Of a stretch of DNA of 64,000 bases, positions 29,540 to 37,992 are shown in pieces. A program made the translations under genes and the position numbers. Each line of letters begins with the position of its first letter. Position 1 is the first letter of the stretch. Origin of the DNA: Prevotella sp. (lineage in GTDB: Bacteria > Bacteroidota > Bacteroidia > Bacteroidales > Bacteroidaceae); assembly GCA_017476785.1 (NCBI GenBank), contig JAFUZD010000069.1, forward strand, positions 2,028 through 66,027, written 5' to 3'. Below the pieces are notes generated by a model. It did no database searches. It was not told the origin of the DNA and saw only the letters and a list, made by a program, of their open reading frames with translations.

Positions 29540-31216
29540 TCAGCGGATGTTTGCGATGGAATCGTAGTCGACACATCCGGCAATTATCCGCGGTTTGCTT
29601 TTGTATTGGGGTAAAAGTAGGTTTCTTTGCTGGTTAGTCCATCTGCATTTGATACCAGCAAGATGAAGTAGCAACTGTGGGAGAGCATCGGTTATGAAAG
29701 GCTTGTCTTTGGCTGCTTTGATCTGGCGAACCACATCGGGATGCTTCTTCCGATAGGACTCGGAACTCCATATCCACATAGGTATCTCATACTCCTGACG
29801 GGCAATGGGGGCTGTGGGTTTATGGAAGAGCCTGCCTTGGACAGGAGTCTCGTCGTAAACCTCCTCGCCGTGGTCAGCAACGAACACCACTACGGCCTCT
29901 TCTGACTCATACAGAGTGAGAAGGCTGTCGAGTACGTCGTCGTTGTAGCGTGTGGCATTGTCGTAGTGAGCCACGGTTTGTTTTTCCTTATGACTTAAAG
30001 AGCGATGGGTATAATCTGACGGTGTAAAAACGGTGTGTTGGCTGGGATAGCGATGGGCATAGTTGAAGTGCTGTCCTATGAGGTGGATGATATCTAACGT
30101 ATAGGCTGCTTGTCCCCATTGTTTTTTGTTCTTTACAAATTGCCGCAGGAACTCCATATCGAAGGCTGTTCCAGAGGGTATGCGGTGTGTAAAGAGGGAA
30201 TCGCTCATAGTCCTATCCGCAAGAAAGAAGTTACCCGCCTGATTGGTTTGCCCTTTACGCAAACCTCGCAGCCGATATTGGTTAGAGGTAAAGTTGACCT
30301 CATACCCTGCTCGTCTGAATAAGATAGGGAACATCGGCAGATGTGGCTGAGATGCTTCCATCCCATATTCCCATAGAGAGAATAGGTCAATAAAGACGTT
30401 GCTCGTGATATTCCACGGGGTTACAACATTGCTAAAAGCAATGAGCTCGCCATCCTTTTCCCGTTGCTGCTGCAGTGGCGTAGTTTTCAGTGTATAACCG
30501 TAGAGTGAGGAATGGTGCTTGTTATAACTTTCTCCGATGACGAGTACGATGTGGGGTGAGAGGTAGGAGCAACTATCAATCTTCGCGCAGAATGTGGATG
30601 TCTTCATTGTTTCGAGTTGCCGGGAAGTCTGCATACAAGAGTAGGCGGCAAAGAGTAGACGGTGGAGTGGGGTGCTCAACTCTGCCAGATGGTGATGGAA
30701 TATTAAGTTTTCTGCCATTTTAGTGTCATTGCTTTGGCGGAACAGGCGAAGACATTGAAATGTGGAAGGCAGTTGAATGGCTATAAGGACGATTAATGAG
30801 CAGAGAAGCGCTGGAGGAGGAATCTTTCTTGCTGGCAATGGTATCACCAAAAGGATGGTCAAGAGAAGTAGCGTTTCAATGTGCCAGTCGGCAAGAAGAG
30901 CAGGGGAAACGAATGTTGTCAGATACTCCGCAGCCTCGCGCCCGTCAGTCTGTAATACGGTTGAGAGAACCTGAGGACTGATAGGTGCCCCTAATGTAAT
31001 CTGGCAGTAGCTGTCAATCAGGCATATAAGGAGGAACATCAAGCAGCATAGTATGCTGACCTTATGGCGCCAACGACGAGGTGACAGGCAGGAGGGAAGT
31101 AAAGCCAGTATGGCTGTCAGCACAGCAGCCGACAGTCCTAATAAAGACAGCCTGTCCGATGTGTCCATACACACCAGACAGGCTGCCGAAATAATAGTCA
31201 GGGGCTTGGCTTGCAC
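29540..31216 (-). CDS. Second phosphoethanolamine transferase (EptA/CptA family), AT-richer
   Basis: VLVIGESYNK, HLIGQH, YDNATRYND, ADHGE, EIPMWIW; start uncertain (GTG 31216 or ATG 31168). Confidence 0.82.
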   Translation of the reverse strand: MQAKPLTIISAACLVCMDTSDRLSLLGLSAAVLTAILALLPSCLSPRRWRHKVSILCCLMFLLICLIDSYCQITLGAPISPQVLSTVLQTDGREAAEYLTTFVSPALLADWHIETLLLLTILLVIPLPARKIPPPALLCSLIVLIAIQLPSTFQCLRLFRQSNDTKMAENLIFHHHLAELSTPLHRLLFAAYSCMQTSRQLETMKTSTFCAKIDSCSYLSPHIVLVIGESYNKHHSSLYGYTLKTTPLQQQREKDGELIAFSNVVTPWNITSNVFIDLFSLWEYGMEASQPHLPMFPILFRRAGYEVNFTSNQYRLRGLRKGQTNQAGNFFLADRTMSDSLFTHRIPSGTAFDMEFLRQFVKNKKQWGQAAYTLDIIHLIGQHFNYAHRYPSQHTVFTPSDYTHRSLSHKEKQTVAHYDNATRYNDDVLDSLLTLYESEEAVVVFVADHGEEVYDETPVQGRLFHKPTAPIARQEYEIPMWIWSSESYRKKHPDVVRQIKAAKDKPFITDALPQLLLHLAGIKCRWTNQQRNLLLPQYKSKPRIIAGCVDYDSIANIR

Positions 31217-31226
31217 CGCTTCTCTT

Positions 31227-31637
31227 TTATCGCTTTCTAAGGATGTAGTGTTCGCCGTCAAAACTGACAGACATTGTGTTGTCGTTGATGTTGAAAGGCA
31301 CGTTTGCGGTATAGTAGTCATAGCTGTCTTCCAACCTAACGGTGATGACGCCCGAATCCTTGTTTGTCATTTTGTAGGTGAACGTACCTCGGTCAGTGTC
31401 GTCAGAATATGAGTCAAAGTAGACAGCCACGTAAGTTCCTGTACCATCGGCATTAAAGGTCAGGGTCAGTTCTGAATCTTCATCGTACGAGGATGATGTT
31501 CCATACCAAGTACCAACAGCATTATTTGCTCCGCCGCCATTGTCGTCATCATCGCTACCGCAAGATGTCGTTCCAACACTCACTAATGCCGCCATCATTA
31601 TGGCGAGCACGCTCCAAAGAATACTTTTCTTTTTCAT
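31227..31637 (-). CDS. Small beta-rich surface lipoprotein (lipocalin-like)
   Basis: MKKKSILW..TTSC-GSDDDD lipobox/export signal; VGTW, LTFNADGTG, GTFTY. Confidence 0.82.
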   Translation of the reverse strand: MKKKSILWSVLAIMMAALVSVGTTSCGSDDDDNGGGANNAVGTWYGTSSSYDEDSELTLTFNADGTGTYVAVYFDSYSDDTDRGTFTYKMTNKDSGVITVRLEDSYDYYTANVPFNINDNTMSVSFDGEHYILRKR

Positions 31638-31687
31638 TTTTGTTTATTTTTAAATGTTAATAAAAGGGGTAATGCAATGGTGTGGGT

Positions 31688-31948
31688 ACAAAGAATGGCG
31701 TGGCCAAACCTTATGCACTAAACCTGAGGAGCGCGCGTGAGAAATTGGAACTCCTGCCTGATATGTTAAGGTTGCCCACGCCATAGGCGTGTGCAAAGCT
31801 ATAAACATCAGGCAAGGAATGCCTCTTTCTTTGGCTTCCCTCTACTTTTAATCCGTAACTATTCCAAAAAAGTTTCTCACGCGTCTTCGGTTTAGTGCGA
31901 ATATAAGCTAATGCATCATTGAAACCGGATTTCTCCCCGATTTCGGTT
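31688..31948 (-). ncRNA. Long structured 5' leader (candidate cis-regulatory RNA switch) of the lipoprotein-eptA unit
   Basis: Several long complementary segments (see findings); -7 element TAACTTTG (+ strand caaagtta, 31950-31957) just upstream. Confidence 0.62.
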
Positions 31949-32034
31949 GCAAAGTTATAATATTTTTTGATAAAAACCCCATTTTATGGGAGAAATTCAG
32001 AGGAAAAGTTTAAAATGCGTTATATTTGGGGGTG

Positions 32035-32168
32035 TTGGGGCAGCATATGTCTAAAACGGAGGGTAGGAATCCCGTTAATCACGGCAAGCGACCTGTTACC
32101 GTTTCCGCCAGATGAAAGAATAGCACCGTGACTTCGGGTTAGCAAATCATCCGGCGGTTTTCTTTTTT
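32035..32168 (+). ncRNA. Divergent structured RNA / attenuator-like element with a 22-codon uORF
   Basis: TATATTTG at 32021-32028; stem 32105-32115/32147-32157 plus U tract; loop pairs with 32071-32084. Confidence 0.45.
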
Positions 32169-32240
32169 CAGTTAAGAATTCGAAACATTTCATTCAAGAG
32201 AGCTAAGGATTCGTTTTGTTTTCGTATATTTGCAGAAGAA

Positions 32241-32534
32241 ATGAACAAGAATTCACAATCATTATACCTTACAGACAGAGAGAAAGACATTGGGGCAAAG
32301 TTGTCATTGAGGTGAAACTTAGGATGAAGAACAATGAAGAGATTGAAGTTAATTATTTCCATAGGCTGTCATACGCAAGTGGGGTAATGCTCAGGTATTG
32401 GCGCTGTGTAACAAAAATCAGATAAGGGGTATATGAGCGCAACAAGAAAGGAGAGCTTGACCAGCCAAATGGTAGAGGTTCTGCTGAGAGGAAATGGACA
32501 ATCTGGGAAAATTCAATGAGCTAAAGAGTATTTA
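32241..32534 (+). pseudogene. Frameshifted remnant of a PD-(D/E)XK restriction-endonuclease-like (HsdR N-terminal-type) gene
   Basis: Fragments in shifting frames: KVVIEVKLRMKNNEEIE..SYA / NAQVLALCNKNQIR / VYER / EEMDNLGKFNELKSI; promoter TATATTTG at 32225. Confidence 0.5.
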
Positions 32535-32547
32535 GAACGTTTAGAAG

Positions 32548-33567
32548 ATGACAAAGGATTTAACGACATCGGCAATTGACAGGCAGAATGTGCTGAATAA
32601 TACAGTGGCTCTGCCAAGAATCCAAGATGCTTTGGATGTGAAGCTCTTGGAGTTTGAGGGACGCTATGTGCTGACCAAACAGATGGTGGCTGATTACTAT
32701 GAAGTGGATATACGAACGGTTGAGAATTGTTTAAGTGCCAATGAGGACGAACTTCGGCATAATGGATACTTTTTATGTCGGGGTAACAGCCTGAAAGAAT
32801 TTAAGTTACGTTTTGCTCCCGAAATCGATTTCGGGAGCAAAACCACACAGTTAGGCCTTTTTGATTTCCGCTCTTTTCTCAATCTTGGTATGATACTAAC
32901 GACAAGTGAAAGGGCCAAGTGGTTGCGTTCGCGTATTCTTGATATTGTGATTGCCACGATTAATGAGCGGACTGGTGGTGGCACGAAGTACATCAACCGT
33001 AGAGACAGGGACTATTTGCCAGCTGCCATTCAGGAGGAGAACTATCATAAGAACCTGACGGAAGCAGTCAATAAATACGTAGATGGTCATAAGACCTATA
33101 AGTATGCACAGGTGATGGATGCCATCTACAAGGCCGTATTCTGTGAAAAGGCCAAGGAATATCGCAAGTTGCTTGACCTTGGTGTCAAAGACAATGTGCG
33201 CAGGACTCTATATGCTGAGGTGCTGAGAGTGGTGTCATCGTTTGAGAACGGTGTTGCCTTCGAGATAACTCGTCAGGCTAAGGAACGGGGCCCTTTGACT
33301 GTCGCTGAGGTGAACGAGATATGTCAGCAGATGGCAGAACACCCACTGCAGGCTCCTTACGTGTACGATGCCCGTCAGAAGATGGCTTCAAGAGACTTGG
33401 CTTTCCGTGATGTATTCCATAGAGATATTGCTGAGTATCTGAAAGCCGTTACGCCAGAGGAGTTCGACAAGTTTATTGGCAACAAGTCGCTCGACTTCGA
33501 CGCAATTATGGCATTGCCTGAGAATCAAGAAGTGCTGAAAGTCTTAAAGCAGGCAGAGGATGAGTGA
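32548..33567 (+). CDS. Putative DNA-binding protein (RhuM-like) paired with Doc
   Basis: KDLTTSAIDRQNVLNN, TKQMVADYYEVDIRTV HTH-like segment, FDFRSFLNLGMIL..SERAK.LR. Confidence 0.72.
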   Translation: MTKDLTTSAIDRQNVLNNTVALPRIQDALDVKLLEFEGRYVLTKQMVADYYEVDIRTVENCLSANEDELRHNGYFLCRGNSLKEFKLRFAPEIDFGSKTTQLGLFDFRSFLNLGMILTTSERAKWLRSRILDIVIATINERTGGGTKYINRRDRDYLPAAIQEENYHKNLTEAVNKYVDGHKTYKYAQVMDAIYKAVFCEKAKEYRKLLDLGVKDNVRRTLYAEVLRVVSSFENGVAFEITRQAKERGPLTVAEVNEICQQMAEHPLQAPYVYDARQKMASRDLAFRDVFHRDIAEYLKAVTPEEFDKFIGNKSLDFDAIMALPENQEVLKVLKQAEDE

Positions 33568-34015
33568 GATACAATATATCACGTGGGAAGAACTGCTGTA
33601 TGTCTACGAGAAGACGGTAGATGAAAGTGGTGGTGGCTTTTCAGGTATCAGAGACCGCGAGCGGCTGGAGTCTGTACTCGAATTCGTGCAGAACGACTTG
33701 TACTATCCTACGTTTGAGGACAAACTGACTTTCTTGGTGTCACGCATCTGCACAGGACACTTGTTTGATGATGGTAACAAACGTATGTCGCTGACATTGG
33801 GTGTGTATTTCCTTCATAAGAACGGCCGTTTCTGGGCTGCCGCAACATTTATGACTCATATGGCAGCCATCATTATACACGTGGCAGCAGGTCATATCGA
33901 TGAAGAGTTGTTGGCGCGTATCATTCCGCCAGTTATCAAAGGCGAGGATTTCAGTGAAGAACTGAAAATAGACATCGCCCACGCTATGGAATGCGGAGAG
34001 TTGTTTAGTGAGTGA
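33560..34015 (+). CDS. Fic/Doc (death-on-curing) family toxin-like protein
   Basis: GHLFDDGNKR Doc motif, GIRD..LES, YPTFEDK; overlaps upstream gene by 8 bp. Confidence 0.88.
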   Translation: MSEIQYITWEELLYVYEKTVDESGGGFSGIRDRERLESVLEFVQNDLYYPTFEDKLTFLVSRICTGHLFDDGNKRMSLTLGVYFLHKNGRFWAAATFMTHMAAIIIHVAAGHIDEELLARIIPPVIKGEDFSEELKIDIAHAMECGELFSE

Positions 34016-34242
34016 ATTCCATACATAGCCTCAGTGGGTAAGCTCGTAAGAAATAAAGTTGTTCTTTTGGCGAATTCAGAAGAAATAGTTCCCTTTGTAC
34101 CCGATAATGAGTTATGAAACGGCTGATGGCTCTTCATCGGGTGCTTACTGAATGCAAATGATGGGCGTTTTTGGATGTAATGATGGCAAAGGATGCTCTC
34201 TCAAAGAAAGAAATGGCCGCCTCTGTCCGTGGAGATTGGTTT

Positions 34243-34348
34243 TGTTCAGGCTTTGTTTGCGCCACGCGAACAAATGGTTTCTGTGGTGGAAACTGGTTGT
34301 TTCTGCGGCAAAAACAAACTGTTTTCAGTACGGAAACAAATCTGAACA
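34243..34348. repeat. Four 22-bp-period GTTT-N9-(G/A)AAC palindromic units bounded by inverted ends
   Basis: gttt at 34255, 34277, 34299, 34321; flanks tgttcagg-ctttgttt / aaacaaat-ctgaaca. Confidence 0.75.
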
Positions 34349-34407
34349 GGCTGTGATTGGGAGCTGAACAGGCTGCAATGGCTGTTGAAGGTGGGCCGCG
34401 GGAAAAT

Positions 34408-34442
34408 AAAAAGTCCGTTCGAAGAATTCGAACGGACTTTTT
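34408..34442. terminator. Bidirectional terminator after the GH43 operon
   Basis: aaaaagtccgttcgaa gaa ttcgaacggacttttt. Confidence 0.88.
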
Positions 34443-34460
34443 GTGTAGGCTTCAGACAGC

Positions 34461-36125
34461 TCAGTTGTTGGTCGTGGCATAGAGCCCGATGCAGGCTCCG
34501 ATGAAGCCGCCGGAGCGGTGGGTGCTCAGGTTGACGGCATCCACGCCGCGCGCCAGCACCTGCCACTCGCCGTCAGCAACGGCGTAGAGGAAGTCGTAGT
34601 AGCGGCCGTGACCGCTGATTTTCAGGCGGACGGGCTGTGCGGCCTCGGCCTCGGTGAGCAGGGCAGAGCCGACGACGGTGCGCGTCTTCTCGCTGCGGGT
34701 GAGCACGATGGCCGGCTGGCCGTTGAGGCGTGTCTTGCCGAAGACGAAGTTATACTCCTCGTTCTGCAGCAGTGCGAAGCCGGCCAGCTCTTTCTCCGAG
34801 GTGGGGGCGAAGCTGACGCGGGTCTCGGCCGTGAACGACGTGTGCTGCTGGCGGGCGAAGATGGCCGACGGCGACTCGCGCTCGGCGATGCTGACGGGCT
34901 TGGCCGTGATGCTGAGGCCGCTGGCATCGAGGGTGTAGAACTGCGAGGGGTTGCGCAGGAAAATCCAGCGCTGGTCGAGCCGGTCGGCATCGAAGCGGTC
35001 GGTATAGCTGAAGTTGCCGGTGAGGTGACCCTTTGCGGGTTGCAGCCCCGGTTTGTCGACCACGGTCGGAATGGCCTTTCCTTTCTCAAGAATGGTGGGC
35101 CATCCGTTGCGCCACGTCACGGGCAGCAGGTAGGTGTCGCGCCCGGTGTTGTAGTAGTCGGCTTCATAGGGGCGGCAGGCGAGGAACACGGCCCACCAGT
35201 CGCCCTGCGGCGTCTGCACGATGTCGGCGTGGCCGGCACTGGTGACGATGTCGGGACGCTTCGGGTCCAGTCCTGTGCGCTGTGTGAGGATGGGGTTGCC
35301 CTCGGTGTATTCCTCCCACGGTCCTTCGGGCTTGGTGGCGCGCAGGATGACCTCGGAATGCCAGTCGCCCGTGCCGCCCTCGGCGCACATCAGGTAGTAA
35401 TACTTGCCGACGCGGAACAGATGGGGGCCTTCAATCCAGATGGGGTTTTGCTGCACGTGCGTGCCCGAGCGCAGAATCTCCACCTGCTCGCCGTAGCAGC
35501 TGTCGCCCTTCACGTCGAAGTAGTGGAGCATAATAGAGCGTTCGCCCTCGTAGACGTGGCCGCCGCGCGGCTCGTCGTTGTTGACGATGTAGCCGCGTCC
35601 GTCCTTATCGAAGAAGAACGAGGGGTCGATGCCCTGCACCTGCGGTAGGTAGACGGGGTCGCTCCAGCCCTTAGCGGGGTCTTTGGTCTTGACGAAGAAG
35701 TTGCCCGCGCCCACGTTGGTGGTAATCATATAGAACGTCTTGTTCTTCTCATTATAGGTGATGGCAGGGGCGAAGATGCCGCCCGACACGCGCTGCCCTT
35801 TCAGCGGCAGCTGCTCGGGACGGTCGAGCACGTGGCCCAGTTGGGTCCAGTTGACGAGGTCTTTGCTGGTGAAGATGGGCACGCCGGGGAAGAACGAGAA
35901 CGACGAGTTGACCAGATAGTAGGTGTCGCCGCGCCGGCATACCGAGGGGTCGGGGTAGTAGCCGGCCAGAATGGGGTTGAGATACTGCGTGGCAGCGTCA
36001 ATCTGCCGGTCGAAGCGCGTGTCGTTGCCCGTGTAGCTGAAGTAGCTGAAGCGGGCCGTCTGTGCCGAGGCCGTCAGGGTGGCGGCCAGCACGAGGGTGA
36101 GCAGGGTAAATTGTCTTGTTTTCAT
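34461..36125 (-). CDS. GH43 beta-xylosidase/arabinofuranosidase with C-terminal ConA-like domain
   Basis: NPILAGYYPDPS, GGIFAP, GIDPSFFFD, WIEGPH, AEGGT, AGHAD. Confidence 0.92.
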   Translation of the reverse strand: MKTRQFTLLTLVLAATLTASAQTARFSYFSYTGNDTRFDRQIDAATQYLNPILAGYYPDPSVCRRGDTYYLVNSSFSFFPGVPIFTSKDLVNWTQLGHVLDRPEQLPLKGQRVSGGIFAPAITYNEKNKTFYMITTNVGAGNFFVKTKDPAKGWSDPVYLPQVQGIDPSFFFDKDGRGYIVNNDEPRGGHVYEGERSIMLHYFDVKGDSCYGEQVEILRSGTHVQQNPIWIEGPHLFRVGKYYYLMCAEGGTGDWHSEVILRATKPEGPWEEYTEGNPILTQRTGLDPKRPDIVTSAGHADIVQTPQGDWWAVFLACRPYEADYYNTGRDTYLLPVTWRNGWPTILEKGKAIPTVVDKPGLQPAKGHLTGNFSYTDRFDADRLDQRWIFLRNPSQFYTLDASGLSITAKPVSIAERESPSAIFARQQHTSFTAETRVSFAPTSEKELAGFALLQNEEYNFVFGKTRLNGQPAIVLTRSEKTRTVVGSALLTEAEAAQPVRLKISGHGRYYDFLYAVADGEWQVLARGVDAVNLSTHRSGGFIGACIGLYATTNN

Positions 36126-36153
36126 TCTTTTAGCTTTTCTTGTTATTTTATTC

Positions 36154-37764
36154 TCATTGTTTCCGTTGATAGTCAAATCCGTTGAAGTCGACATAGCCGC
36201 CCGTCTGGCGCGTGGCGTAGTTGAAGAGGGCATAGCGCGTGCCCATAAAGAGGCGGCGGTAGTCGAACCGCATCTGGAACTCGCCGCCCAGCGGTGCCCA
36301 TTGCTTTCCGTTGGTGCTGTAATAGAAGGTGGCGATGTCGCGGCCGAGACGGAAGTCGGCATCAATGCGCAGGAAGATGCGCTTGGCGTGTAGCGGGATG
36401 CGCGCCGTGGTCTCAGCGTCTACCGAGGTGACGGCTTTCTCCTTGTCGGTGAGGTTCACCGCATAGTGCTCCGTTGAGAGCCACCACTTGTTGCGCTCGC
36501 GACGGATGCAGAGGGCTCCCGTATGGCCGTTGAAGGCCGCAAAGCCGGCGCAGTCGCCGTTGCGCATCTGCGAAACGTCCATCTCTACCGTAGCCGTGCA
36601 GCGCGGTCCTTCCATCCGTTGCGACAGCGTGTTGGGTGCCAGATAGAGGTTGGGGGCCGTCCGCGTCGTCTTCAGTCGCAGCCATCCCGCGCGCTCCGTC
36701 AGGCTGTGGCCTGCGGCAATGGGGTTGTGGTTCCACTGCCAATGGGCATCGAGCGTGGGCGCGTCGAAGGCATCGGAGACAACCAGCGACGGTGCCGCTG
36801 CAGCCTCGTCCGCCGTGGCTTCGTTGCCCGGCGCGGCTCCATAGGGGGCTATCGTTTCCGGCACGCGGTGCAGCATCGGCCATCCGTCTTCCCAGCTCAC
36901 GGGCATCAGCGTCAGCACGCGCCCCACGGCTCCGCGGTCTTGGAAGATGAGGCCATACCAGCGGCCGTCGGGGGCATCGACAATGGTGCCCTGTCCTACG
37001 TAAGGGAAGCCAGCGAAGGCATCTTCCAGTATGACGCGCTTCTCGTAGGGACCCGTGATGCGGTCGGCGCGGTAGCAGAGTTGGCGGCGCGGCTTGCCCT
37101 GCGGCCACGAAATCATCAATAGGTAGTATCGGCCGTCATACTTGACGACGCGACTGCCCTCCAGCAGGCCGGTTTCTTCGGCATCGCGCCGGATGACGAC
37201 GGTGTCAGTGCCGCCCGGCTTCAGTCCCGTCAGGTCGGCCGTGAGCTCGCGCAGCCGTCCCTGCTCGCTGAATACGTAGACGCGCCCGTCGTCGTCGAAG
37301 AAGAGTGAGGCGTCGTGGAAATGATCGGTGCGCGTATGGAGCTGCCAGCCGTGTCGCGGGTCGTCGGTCTTGTAGATATACGCGCGGTAGGGCTCGTCGT
37401 TGGGCGAGAACAGCGCGTAGTAGGTGCCGTCGTGATAGCGCAGCGACGTGGCCCACTGGCCCCGGCCGTAGACCGTTCCGCCCTGCATATCGTACTTGGG
37501 CGTGTCGCTGAGGCGGTCGAACAGATAGCTGGTCAGCTCCCAGTGAATCAGGTCGCGCGAGTGCATCACGGGGGCACCCGGCATCAGGTGCATCGTCGTG
37601 GTGACCAGCCAGAAGTCGTCGCCCGTTCGAATGATGTCGGGGTCGGGCGCGTCGGCCCACAGGATGGGGTTGCGCACGGCCGTCTGACCGCCAGCCGCCA
37701 GTGCCGCGGTCAGGCAGAAGAGGAGGGTGAGAAGCGTCTTTCTCGTGGTGCCGTTGTTGTGCAT
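36154..37764 (-). CDS. GH43 glycoside hydrolase with C-terminal ConA-like domain
   Basis: NPILWADAPDPD, GRGQWA, HDASLFFDDDG, LEGS, GQG, WQWNHNP. Confidence 0.92.
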   Translation of the reverse strand: MHNNGTTRKTLLTLLFCLTAALAAGGQTAVRNPILWADAPDPDIIRTGDDFWLVTTTMHLMPGAPVMHSRDLIHWELTSYLFDRLSDTPKYDMQGGTVYGRGQWATSLRYHDGTYYALFSPNDEPYRAYIYKTDDPRHGWQLHTRTDHFHDASLFFDDDGRVYVFSEQGRLRELTADLTGLKPGGTDTVVIRRDAEETGLLEGSRVVKYDGRYYLLMISWPQGKPRRQLCYRADRITGPYEKRVILEDAFAGFPYVGQGTIVDAPDGRWYGLIFQDRGAVGRVLTLMPVSWEDGWPMLHRVPETIAPYGAAPGNEATADEAAAAPSLVVSDAFDAPTLDAHWQWNHNPIAAGHSLTERAGWLRLKTTRTAPNLYLAPNTLSQRMEGPRCTATVEMDVSQMRNGDCAGFAAFNGHTGALCIRRERNKWWLSTEHYAVNLTDKEKAVTSVDAETTARIPLHAKRIFLRIDADFRLGRDIATFYYSTNGKQWAPLGGEFQMRFDYRRLFMGTRYALFNYATRQTGGYVDFNGFDYQRKQ

Positions 37765-37806
37765 CGTGATGGTTTTAAATTGAAAGTGACAGTTTGGATG
37801 ATGTTG

Positions 37807-37962
37807 CAAAGTTACGAAAACATTTGCAGAGTGTCGCAGAAATACATATCACAACCTTTGCGAAATGTAACATCGTTGTAACCGAAACCTTTGGAAATGT
37901 TACGTCGGCTAAATGTTTTCGGCCAAAAAGTTTGGCTGGTGTCATATAAAAGCGTATATTTG
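37807..37962. promoter_or_regulatory. Divergent GH43/HTCS promoters with candidate TGTAAC operator repeats
   Basis: -7 boxes at 37807-37814 (minus) and 37955-37962 (plus); aacctttg(c)gaaatgt(a/t)ac direct repeat at ~37853 and ~37886. Confidence 0.6.
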
Positions 37963-37992
37963 CAGCAAATAATAATCTGTTACCATCAGACG

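Noticed and set aside
31217-31321. N-terminal extension of the eptA-like ORF overlapping the lipoprotein gene
   Set aside because: Overlaps a clear gene in another frame; later starts (31216/31168) are more plausible
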